Source: Anthoceros angustus (Eukaryota > Plantae > Anthocerotophyta). From it: DNA of 64,000 nucleotides. The DNA lies in NCBI GenBank assembly GCA_010909165.1, contig MU008181.1, positions 1 through 64,000 of the forward strand, read 5' to 3'. Below the pieces are notes generated by a model. That model worked only from the letters and a program-made list of their open reading frames with translations. It made no database searches and had not been told where the DNA came from. The position numbers and the translations under genes are program-made. Positions 9,700-20,619 of this stretch are shown here, piece by piece (the first letter of the stretch is position 1; every line of letters begins with the position of its first letter).

Positions 9700-12600
9700 C
9701 AAGTTTCCTTTTCATGTTTTTCAATTAAGTCTTTTCTTGATTGCTGAAAGTATGTAATTATACATTTAATACGTTTAATTGATCTATATAGTCCTATAAA
9801 TCATTATGGTATCAGAGCATACTATATGGATTGCATCCATAAGGATGCACATAAAATTGTGCATTAGAAGATGTGCACAATGACATATTATTTGTTGTTT
9901 CTTGATTAGAAAATGCTTCTGAAATTAAAAAACAAATAGAAATCAAGAAAATGAATATTCTGCTGTTTTCTTAAAAAAATCTATATTAGATCTGCTGATT
10001 CAGGAAGAGATCCTAGTGCACTCCACTTGGATGGCTGTTTCTAAGCAATTCCAATGGGAATACACTAGGACAACTGCCTGATCGGAAGATAACATATAGA
10101 ATTACAAGAGAAATTAAGAATGCAAGTGTTTTGCATTCTAAAAGCAAAAATTCAAGCCAAATGAAATTGCTGAATTGGAAGGCCAGCAGCGGCAGCTTCG
10201 CCCTGCTAAGCTAATTCCTAACAGACACAATAGGCTAAGAGATCCTAATAGGCTCACGCTTGCTGATAACCTGCATGGCAGAGTATATCAATGGAGCATT
10301 AGGAATCAGAATTTACCTATGCAAGTTGCTGATTTGAAGGATGCATTCAATACAATCATTGAATGCTTGTACCCAGAGGAGCGTGGATTGACATTCACTC
10401 AACCCCCAAGGAATCCACAAAACCTACCTGAAGTTCGAGTAACACGTGCCGTTGACGGGAACGGACAACCTCGAGGCTTCCTCACAACCCACGTTGCTGC
10501 ACCAACATGCGTAAACGCAATTGTTGAGCGACTGGAAGCACAAAACAAAAGAGTAGACATGAGATTCAACTACATTATACACTGTACTGCTGGCATAAAC
10601 GTTGATATACAAGACATGAAGTAGCAAATAGCACTTTTGGATTTCAAACTTCTTACCTTGATTAAACCGGAGTTGCTGCAAAATCCAATCTTCAAAGGGA
10701 TTTCACGCAAGCACGTTCGGAAGATTTCTGGTAATCGGAAGTTTGACGAACCCAATTCGTGCCCATCTTGGTCAACTTATGCTTTCAACAGATGGGAAAT
10801 GAGACAAACCAGAATTCAGGAGCAATAGGCTGCTGGAATTCACGGAGTGGAACTTGGAAACCCATAAATCCTCTAAACGTGTTGTATGGCAGCATCGTTC
10901 CTTGGTGACCTCTTTGGTGACGACCAAAACGAGACAGAAACATCCTCAGTAGGCAACCGGAAGCCAGCACAAACAATGGCAGAATCATCAACTCTGTCTG
11001 GAGATGGCTTCAAAGAAAAGGACAGGTTTGGAGGAACCGACTATGACATCTGGGTCTTTCGAATACAAGGAGCCCTTGAGACGCAAACTACGGAAAATCG
11101 CATGGGTGATGAGGCGACACTGAGAGCTTCGATTCGGATCTTTGTTGAGCATAGTTAGTCAAGAATGATGCGACCATGTACCTTATCTGCGATTGGCCTA
11201 ACATCCGACATGTTGAAGTGGTGGGGCTAAGTCGGTGATTTGGAAGAGGTTGAAGGACATGTATTCAGGACGAAATTACATGAGTGTTATGGCAGCATTG
11301 AGGCACTTCCAAAATTACAGAATGAAGGAAGGTGACTCAATTGTTTCGATCCTTAGGTTCTAAGGTTGAAGGTGTGTTTCGATCCTTAGCCTCTAAGGCT
11401 GAAGGAGCCTCTGAAGAAGCTCTCAGCGATTACGAGGTTGACCTTTGCGGATGCTCATATCCTTTGCCCAGTCTTGGTCACATTTCGTGACCCACCTTTC
11501 TTGCCTGAAGTAGCCGTGAAGTTTGCTGAGGTAGCAAAGATTGATCTACCAAAGACAACCTTTGCTGAGCTAGTGGGAGCTTTGCTTCAAGAGGAAGCAA
11601 ACAGAGGTAATCACAAACGTGCTAAGCGACAAGCTTTGTATACATCTAAGCAGGAAGGTGCAAGGAATTTAGTGCTAACAACTCAAGGAGGCAGCGAGGA
11701 GCTCCTGCCAACAAAAAAGGAAAGAAGCCAGGCACTTGCAATTGGTGTAAATCACCTGGTCCTTAGGAGCGTGAGTGTCATAAGAAACAGGCTGGAGTTC
11801 CTCGCAAGGAGGGCTTGTCCAGTGCTGAAACTCACGTAGTGGTGAAGGAGCAGCCAACACCCTCTGCCCTTACAGTTGGGACTAGGGAGTTTGCTAATCC
11901 ACTTCCCTACATGCTTATCAACCAAAGCAGAGGTTAGACCAGTTGCAGAGTGGTATCTTGATACAAGTGCCACAGCACATACCTGTTTTGACAGAGGTGC
12001 ATTCAAGACATACAGATCAATGAAGGATCAGTATGTATACCTGGGTGATGATAGATCACTCATTTTTCCTGGTCTGGGCACAGTCGACTTGTCAGTTCCA
12101 TCTGGAGTCACACTAGTTCTCCATGATGTATACTATGTGCCTGACATGACTAGGAACCTCATTTCAGTTCGTAGACTCAATATTGACAATCACAGTCACG
12201 TTCTGTTCACAACAACAGAATGTCAGATCATAGATGCTTTTGATCATAGAAAGGTTCTAGCCTATGGATCTTTTGATCATGATCTATTTCGACTTCACAT
12301 TAATAGTGGTACTGTTCAGACTCATATAGCTAAGAGCACTACTGCTGCATCTGAACAGCAGATAGCCAAGAGTCAGCTATGGCACGCTAGGCTAGGTCAT
12401 CCTCATAGTGCAAAACTTCAGAAACTTGCAGTTGTACAAGGATGGACCTATAGGGCCTCTGCCACCCTTACCTCTTTGTGAAGCTTGTGTGTTGTCAAAG
12501 AGACATCAAGCAGCTTTCAAAAACAAAGCACCTGATAGAGCCAGTGATATCTTGGAGCTTGTTCATACAAACCTATGTGGACCCCTATCTCAGGAGTCCA

Positions 12601-14520
12601 TAGGTGGAGGTTGGTATTTCCTCACCTTCATAGATAACAAGACAAGATTCGTCACATCTTACATCCTAAGGACTAAAAGTGAGTGTTTCGACCACTTTAA
12701 GACTCACATCAAGTATGCTGAAAGGTGGACTGGGAAACAGTACAAGACGCTCCGATCTGACAATGGAGGCGAATTCACTTCAAAGCAATTCCAGAACTAT
12801 TGTTTAGAAGAAGGTATAGGAAGACAACTGACAATGGTCTACACACCACAACAAAACAGAGTCGTTGAGCGCCTGAATTTAACTTTGCAGGAGATGACTT
12901 CATCTCTGCTTCATCAGGCTAAGCTACCCTTACCATACTGGGCTGAAGCCCTTATGACTTCCACATACCTCGAGAACAGGTTGCCAACCACCTCAGTTGA
13001 TGGCAGGACGCCTTATGAGGCCTTCACCGGCCACAAGCCTTCCATTCTTCATCTCCGAACGTTTGGATGCTTGGCTTATGCGTTGTACACATAGAAGTTT
13101 TCAGACAAGGCTTGAAAGCTTCTTATGCTAGGATACACAAAGGGTATCAAGGCCTATAAACTGTACAATGTTCCTACTAATAGGGTTATCTACGCTCGCA
13201 GCGTTACCTTTGATGAACATCGTCCTTGGGCCTCAGTGGGAGTTACTTCTCAACCGGACTCTGATGATTCCGAAGAGAATGTTCTTCCCGATATATCTTA
13301 TTTCGACCCTACTGACCATGGCACTTTAGCACATGCTGAAGTACCTACACCCATCCCGGATATTGCTCCTCCAGGTGGGGATAATGCAGCCATGTTAGAC
13401 GATGAACCAATTCGCGAGCTTGCAATACAGGACCAATATCCAGTGCCTGTCAATGATCCTCCTCACCCAGTTGACAATGATATTGTTGGTGCTGATGTTG
13501 ATGGCCTTGTTGCAAATCCTGTTGTTGCAGAGCCTAAACCAGCTCGTTGGTATCCTACTTGTGAACGGAGACCACCTGACTATTACAGTGCTGCAGACTT
13601 CCGTGTCTCATCATCCTCTGTTCGTGCCTATGCAACTACTTCACTTGACTCAATTGAACCTCAGTCTTATGAAGAAGCTCTGCATAGACCTGACCACAAA
13701 GAATGGGAGAAAGCTAATCAGTCCGAATATGATTCACTCATAGAGAATGGCACATGGGAACTAGCAAAGTTACCTCCAGGACGGAAAATGGTCTCATGTA
13801 AGTGGGTCTTCAAGTTGAAAGTTAAAGCTGATGGAACTTTCGACAGATATAAAGCTTGACTCATAGCAAGAGGGTTCTCACAAGTACCAGGCCCGGACTA
13901 TCTGGAGACCTTTGCTCCTGTCGTGAAGCTAGCAACTCTGCGCACATTGTGTGCAATATCAGCATATAATGATTATGAACTACATATGTTCGACGTGAAG
14001 ATAGCTTTTCTACATGGAAAGCTTGATACTAAAACCTATTTGCAACAGCCTCCGGGCTATGAGATCAAAGGAAAAGAGGACTATGTCTATAAGCTAATCA
14101 AGACACTCTATGGACTAAAACAATCAGCCATGGAATGGAATGCAGTCCTTGATGAGGAGCTGCGGGCACTAGGCTTTGTGAAAAGTGTGTTACCTGGCAG
14201 TATATGTCGATGACTTGATCCTATCCAATAACAGCCAGAGTTTCATCAATTAAATCACTGATATGCTGGCTACACAATTCAAGATGTCCAATCTCTGACC
14301 TTTAAGCAGCTATCTAGGAATACATATTCGGTGCAATAGAAGTAAGAGAGCTATAGCCCTCACACAACCTAGCCTTGAGAGTCTTTGAGCACTTAGGGTT
14401 GAGCAGACGCCGGTATAACACCTACCAAGTGGATTGAAGCTTAGTACCTCCATGTCACCAGGGACAGAATCAGAGAAGCAACAAATGCAAAGCATACCTT
14501 ATCGTCAGGGTGTAGGTCCC
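9700..14520 (+). mobile_element. Ty1/copia retrotransposon (copia-1), decayed, truncated within RT (no RNase H)
   Basis: Gag N-terminus DRFGGTDYDIWVFRIQGALE (ORF 10886..11158); protease WYLDTSATAH (11876..12481); GAG-pre-integrase LWHARLGH and CEAC; integrase LELVHTNLCGP, LRSDNGGEF, QQNRVVER (12408..13094); RT ENGTWEL...SCKWVFKLK, FDVKIAFLHG, LYGLKQS, YVDD at 14203-14214. Order PR-IN-RT is copia-diagnostic. Confidence 0.95.
9807..9818 (+). promoter_or_regulatory. Primer-binding site complementary to tRNA-iMet (TGGTATCAGAGC)
   Basis: Exact canonical plant PBS 3 nt after a ...TCA (9801-9803) LTR-like end, upstream of copia gag-pol. Confidence 0.85.
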
Positions 14521-16130
14521 AAACGTCTTCAAAGTTGGAAGGAAATTACTTCCCAATTCCAGGTGCTGGCAACCTCATAGCTTCACTCCCAGATACTCTC
14601 CTCCTTGCTACTGGCAACAAACCCCACCTAAGGCACAATTGCAATGTTAGTCCTGGCTTGCCCTCTCCAGGTGCCGTCCTTCTTCTTCGCGACTCCTTCT
14701 TCCAGGGCAGGGCGCCGCCAGTAAGGCAGGTTCAGTGCTCCTTCTTGCGGCCCTCCCTTGCTCTCAATCACCACAACTTTACCGCTGGTGCTCAGTCCTC
14801 TGATCTTGACAGGCACCTTGCAGTCCTTCACTTACGGTCTTCTTGTGCCTTTCTCTTCCCTTCTCCTTCCTGTAATCCCTCTCGCCTTGAAGCTAGGGTT
14901 TCTGGGTTCTTCTCTTCGATTCGCGCATGGTCTTTCCCTTCTCGCAATTTGCTCACGGTGATGGCGCTCTCCTTCCTTCTCTTCCTCCTCTTCAAGCTCG
15001 AGAGTTAGCACTTTGTGTGAAGTGGAGATCCTCTAGTTCGAGCTGAGAGATGGCGTTGCCCAAACTGGACTTTCCTCCCCCCAGATGTGCGCCACGTGGC
15101 AGTTTCCCAACCCTAGATTGGGTTCACCATCCTAAAATACCATTTTCCTTCCTAGGTTACCAATTTTCCTATTCAATTTCGATCGCTAATTATTTACCCC
15201 CTAATTAAGCTATTCCTTATTAAGTATTCCATATTTTAGCCTATTTATTTAATTTCCCATTGAGCTATCAGGGCGGCATTGAACTACGAAGAGTCTAACC
15301 CGCAGGAGATGAAGAAGCTGAGGAGGGAGGAGAGTCAACAAGGTGGATCCACAAATTCAGCCGGGAGTCCCACAACAGCCACTGGCAACTCAAGTGCCTC
15401 AAAAGGCCGGTCCTGTGCCTAAATTCCTTTTTCCTATTCAAGATGTCCCGACCTCAGAGGAGTGTCGCACCCTCACGCGCATGACCAGCTTGACGTGGGG
15501 AGGCAGCCTACAGTGTGAGGCTATCGACCCTACAGCCCACTTGAACCACCTGCACCTTCCCTGATCACTTTGACCCGTTTCTTTTCCTCTTGATATCTTC
15601 TATGCCTGCCTAATAGTTCCCTATAATCCCAGCTTCAAAAGGAACGAAAAAGTTCCGGCATGTCTCCCCCAATTAATTCTGAACCAAAAGAGTTCGGCCC
15701 TGTTCCAAAATGAATGAACTTGATCCAGTAGCCCAAACTTTTGCTTTCCACACGTGGTATCACTATTGAGCTCGTCTTTGCGTTTCCCTGCGGTGGCGCC
15801 TTTCTTCAAGCTTCACGCCTCCTCAAGAAAAATCAAGACCTTAGCATGCAAGAGAGAAAGAGATGTGAGTGAGAGTATAGGTTAAGAAGTGAAACCTTCC
15901 AAAGTTGTTCCACCACTAAACGTGCGCCATGTGGCCCCTTCTCTACCGTTAATTGGGTTTTCCCAACTTGCCTTATCCTAAACTGATATTTTCTAATTTC
16001 TTCTAATTTCCTATTTACCAAATTGGCCTCTAATTACCTAAATATCCTATTCCGACCTATTTATCTAGTCCATTTAAAGACTACATATATAGCTACTCTA
16101 TCCTGCCTTATTCTTGGGCAACCTACGCCC
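14520..16130 (-). mobile_element. Two related LTR/leader-like retroelement fragments
   Basis: AT-rich blocks (15060-15270, 15950-16110) followed by purine-rich leader-like sequence. The segment gtggaaagcaaaagtttgggctactggatcaag (~15720-15755) recurs diverged at ~16420-16452. Confidence 0.45.
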
Positions 16131-16141
16131 ATAGGTCGCAA

Positions 16142-16231
16142 CCTACGGTGGTAGGTGCTCACCTACCCCGGTAAGTTGTCTCCCTACCACGGTAGATTAC
16201 TTACCTACCATGGTAGGTGCACCCCTACCGT
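16142..16231. repeat. Minisatellite of palindromic CCTACCNNGGTAGG units at ~20-21 bp period
   Basis: Units start at 16142, 16162, 16183, 16204 and 16224; ACCTACCATGGTAGGT at 16203-16218 is a perfect 16 bp palindrome; related units at 17914-17950. Confidence 0.7.
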
Positions 16232-16439
16232 CCACGTCTGGCACCTACTCTCCTCGTGATAAGGTCATTTCGACCCATTTCTTTTTTCCTAAGCTTCCTT
16301 CCTTCCTTTCTAACACTATCCTACAACTCCAGCTTCAAAGAGCCAAAAAAGTTCCAACATATTTCCTCCAAATCGTTTCTAACCAAAAGAAGTTGGACTT
16401 GTTCCAAAACAAACTCACTTGATCTAGTGGCCCAAACTT

Positions 16440-16790
16440 TTGCGTTCCACACTAGTGTAGCAAATACTGCTCGAAGATGTTGTAGATGCTCCTCAAAGGT
16501 ATTGTTGAAAATAATGACACCATCAATGTAGCACTTGGCGAAAGGCAAGTCCTTGAGCTCATTGTACAGGCAATCTTTTCCCCATAATGCCATTTTCTTC
16601 TTGTCTTCTTTGGCAATCTCCACTTGGTGAAACCCTAGCCTCAAGTGCAATGTTGAGAAGAACTTGGCAGACCCAATGGTATCGAAGATCTCTTCGGCCG
16701 TTGTCAAGGAATAGTGGTCATGTTGAGCTGTCTTGGGCAACCGGTGGACCTTGTCATCCAGGTTGGGAGTGTCAAGGACTCTCCTTTGCA
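16440..16790 (-). pseudogene. Ty3/gypsy RT fragment with internal deletion
   Basis: ORF 16321..16827: DHYSLTTAEEIFDTIGSAKFFSTLHLRLGFHQVEI...YIDGVIIFNNTFEEHLQHLRAVF (YIDD mutated to YIDG). Confidence 0.88.
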
Positions 16791-16859
16791 GGCAAGGGTT
16801 AGGGTGTGAAGAACCCACAAACAACATTGTTCTATGACCTAATAAGGATCTTGCACATA

Positions 16860-17541
16860 ATCGGAGGGAGCTCCCGCAAAGGAGGGGGAGCCAGCCAAGG
16901 AAGGCGAATTGGATCGGGTAACTCCGCCAGAGGAATCACCCGAGAAGAAACCGCCTGAGGCAATAACGAGAGGGCAGGCCACCGGTAACACCCGGTTCCG
17001 CGGATGTGGTCGTGTGGAGGTGTGGCGGAGATGCTTGAGGGAGGAGATCAAGCGGACCCGGTGGTCCGGCCACAGTGGGCCAATGGCGGAAGGCTAGGAG
17101 AATCGCAGCGGACGCACGACACAGCGCAGGAGCTGCCCACGCCGTTCAAGGTGGCTGACCTGATGATGAATCAACAGCACCTGGTGTCATTTCGAGAGCT
17201 GTTGAGAGACAATCCGAAGTATCGGCAAGAAGTCCGGAGGGCCATCAAGGAGACACAGCCACGCCGAAACGCTGCAGGCAGAAAGGTCAAACCAGTGGAG
17301 GTAAGGGTGGTATCCAGACCCCGGAGCGCCAGTGGTTCAGGTGGAAATTGCTGAGTGCATGATCAAAAACGTACCGTTGGACACAGGCTCGGGAGTCAAT
17401 CTCATCACGGAAGCCACAGCAAGGCGGTTGGGATTCACAACGTTTGAGCCATCCACCAAAACTCTCAGGATGGCGGACATGTCAAGACGCGCGCCGGCAG
17501 GAGACCTGTCCGGAGTCCAAGCAACCATAGTGGGCTTGTAG
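16860..17541 (+). pseudogene. Ty3/gypsy gag-end plus aspartic protease fragment
   Basis: ORF 17332..17541 NVPLDTGSGVNLITEATARRLG...TLRMAD has the catalytic DTG motif; ORF 17004..17354 VSFRELLRDNPKYRQEVRRAI resembles the gag-PR linker. Confidence 0.8.
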
Positions 17542-18189
17542 CCACAAGGGCTTGTGGCTACATGTTAGAGAATGTGCCAGCATGAGCGTGAAGAAGCAAG
17601 TCCAGAACGGCACCGGAGGAAACCAAGGACGGGGTACGACCCATCATCACAAGAGAAGAGGCAAGGAACTCACTCACCCCACAACCAAGGGAGGAACTGG
17701 AGGCCGGAGACGAGTCGAATGCAAAGAAGGCTCGGAAGAATCAGTGAGGAGAAGACATCACCAGCCGGTTGAGGGAGGAAGGACCTCTAATGAAGACTCA
17801 CGCTAGGTATGGACAAATTAAGCAACAGGCAGGAGAGCGAAAGGGATCTTGACCCAAAAGCCCTCCCCAAGAATGGGGGAGAGAAGAGAGCAGCACTGGA
17901 GGAAAGTGACTAGCCTACCACGGTAGGGTCATTGACCCTACCATGATGTGGTCAACTGCCAGTAGGTTGCCACGCCCTACTGTAGGCTATGGGGCTCAGA
18001 CAGCAACAAAGGCGAGGCGGCGCCAACCAGAAGAGAACCCGTCACCGTCCCAGAAGGATAAGTATCAAATTGGTCAATGACCATAAATGTGCTTTGGGAA
18101 ATGGGAAGGATAGGTGGTGTAGGCTAAACTCATTTAAAGATTGACATTAGTGAACCTAATATAATAGAATTTTACTTAGAATAAGACAG

Positions 18190-19759
18190 TAGACTTGGAT
18201 GCCAGGACTTAAATAATGGCGGTAGGAAATAATAGAATATTGGGAAAGGTGGCTTGCAACAAGCACATCAGAGGGAGGTCGCATATGAGGATCCCCCTAT
18301 AAGAGGGGAAGGACTTCACGAAGTAAAGTATCACGTCTTGCACTTCCATACTCGCGAGTCCTTTGCTGCTTGTCAAAGAATTTCGTGCCGGCTGCAAGCT
18401 AATGCAGTGTCTGGTAGAGAGGAAGTTCGTGGTGCTCGGAGTGCTTGGTAGAGGGCTCACTCCCTGCGGGAGCCTCAATGAGTTGCTCCCCTTGTGAATG
18501 GTTGCTGTGAAATTGCTTTGCTTTGGGTGTGTGGCGATGCCCAAAGAACTCTCAGCTTTGAGGGTAGACTATAGGGAAAGACTCCCTGGAGGTTCTCGCT
18601 GTCTGGTGTCAAACTCATAGCAACCGGCCCAAGGAAGAACTTGCTGGCTTGTAGGCGGACCCAGGCAGTTGTGCCGTAAGGGTGAGCCGGGGCTAGTGAG
18701 CTTGAAGTGAAGTTAGAGTAGGCGGAGGACGAGGAGTCGAGTTGAGCGTTGAAGAGGATTAGAGTGTAGGTAATAATGGAAGGCCACAAGCAGAGCCTAA
18801 GGGACGAATCCCAAATCTCTAACAAAACGGTGCTCAAATTGTTGGAGGAGTTAGTCTTAGAGGTGGGGACAAGATCGCGGCGTGGGTCAAGGGGTTCCTG
18901 GGAGTTAGAAGTACGGATTGCTTGTTGGTTAGCTTAGCAAGCAACCAACGTGGTCATACCCTTTGGTATCTTGTCTTTGAAGGTACAACTCTTCATACCA
19001 CACTATAAAAGCCACCTCTTGTAATCAATTGTATCAATTAGTAAAGCACTATCTTTGATCAAGCGCTTCCATAAAGCACCTCAAACTTGGTATCGAGCAT
19101 AGTTTGATTACTAAGTCCACCATGCATTATGATGTGAATCTAGATGTTCTTCTAATATGCAACGTCTTTCCAATGCTTTGGTATTTGTAATTTTAAGCTA
19201 TTTTATACTTATTCATAGTTTCTTTTATATTCAACCAAACATATTTTACTAATAAAATAGTTTGGCTTCTATGATTAACCTTTATATTCATTAAAGTTTC
19301 ATGGCTCATTACTCTCTCATTCTTCATCTTATTCTTCTAGCACTCTACTCATTCTCTCTTGCTACAAGACATTGTTTCTTTTATTCATAAAGTTACAACA
19401 TGGCAAGAAGACACAATCACAAGAGTATTCATGCTAAGAGAAGGAGAAAGAGGAGGAGAAGTAGAGAAGTGTCTCCGATCCTACTATCATAACGAGCTTT
19501 AATTCTTTTTTAATAACCTAGGGAAGATAGCCTACATGCTATCCTTTCTTCTAGAAAACAATTTGTGTCATCATCACAAGAGCTTTTAACCAATCAAAAT
19601 CATCTACCTTGGTCAGAGTGATCATCATCATACTTATCATGCTTGTGATATCTTTGAAGTGATAATCACCTTCATCATTCCTCACAAATTCTTACAAATC
19701 AATCTTCCTCATTCCTCACATCCACAGAAAGCTTCTATCGATACTGCATCAAATGCAAT
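18190..19759 (+). mobile_element. LTR followed by variant PBS (TGGTATCGAGC, 19088-19098) and AT-rich leader, cut by the gap
   Basis: TATAAAA at ~19004 followed by an LTR-like end and an iMet PBS lacking one A. Confidence 0.5.
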
Positions 19760-20038
19760 NNNNNNNNNNNNNNNNNNNNNNNNNNNNNNNNNNNNNNNNN
19801 NNNNNNNNNNNNNNNNNNNNNNNNNNNNNNNNNNNNNNNNNNNNNNNNNNNNNNNNNNNNNNNNNNNNNNNNNNNNNNNNNNNNNNNNNNNNNNNNNNNN
19901 NNNNNNNNNNNNNNNNNNNNNNNNNNNNNNNNNNNNNNNNNNNNNNNNNNNNNNNNNNNNNNNNNNNNNNNNNNNNNNNNNNNNNNNNNNNNNNNNNNNN
20001 NNNNNNNNNNNNNNNNNNNNNNNNNNNNNNNNNNNNNN
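19760..20038. other. Assembly gap (279 N)
   Basis: Run of N characters. Confidence 1.
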
Positions 20039-20619
20039 CATGCTCACCCAAGAGCTACATCAGTCTACCACATCCCTGGTCGGGCGTATTGGAACGATAA
20101 ATAAGAGAACCAAGCCTTGGAGTATATGCATGCGGACCTGCCAGTACCATCTCCAAATCGGCATGATCCTTTGGAGTGCCCAGGCGATCGTCAACTTACA
20201 ATCGATCCGGGGCCTCGAGAAGGTGTGCTGTTTGTCTTTACCTCCCTCAAGTTTGTACTTAAATACGTATATCGAGGAATGTATTTTTAGCGATGAATCA
20301 CAAGTGTGCCGCCTTTGCGGATCTCGTCTGACTATGTGCAATGATAGGACAACTCTTCACGACATCTACCATTTAAAGTGTCACTTGCGCTTTGGTGTAC
20401 GGCCATAAGCGGTTGTGTCATTTGGTCACATGGACCAGCCTCTGTGTCACCGAAATTCAAAATTACACACGGGAAGGAACCTCCAGGAACATAAAAATGT
20501 GCTCCCGCGTGTTTTCCTGCTCTTGTGAAGACCGAACCGATGCATAACCAAAGCGGACTTCCTTCGCCATTATGCCTATCCCGTTGATGTCTGTGGACAC
20601 GGTGGGTCTTGCTTTGGGA

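Noticed and set aside
9807-9818. tRNA gene
   Set aside because: Only the 12 nt PBS complement is present, with no cloverleaf. No tRNA or rRNA genes were recognised anywhere in the window.
9807-10830. Endogenous caulimovirus (TGGTATCAGAGC followed by an unknown ORF)
   Set aside because: The downstream frame continues into copia gag-PR-IN-RT with an integrase, which caulimoviruses lack; no movement-protein motif recognised.
16142-16231. CRISPR-like palindromic repeats
   Set aside because: The period is only ~20 bp with 6-7 bp linkers, too short for repeat-spacer units.
19659-20408. Long ORFs spanning the N run
   Set aside because: Artefacts of translating gap characters.
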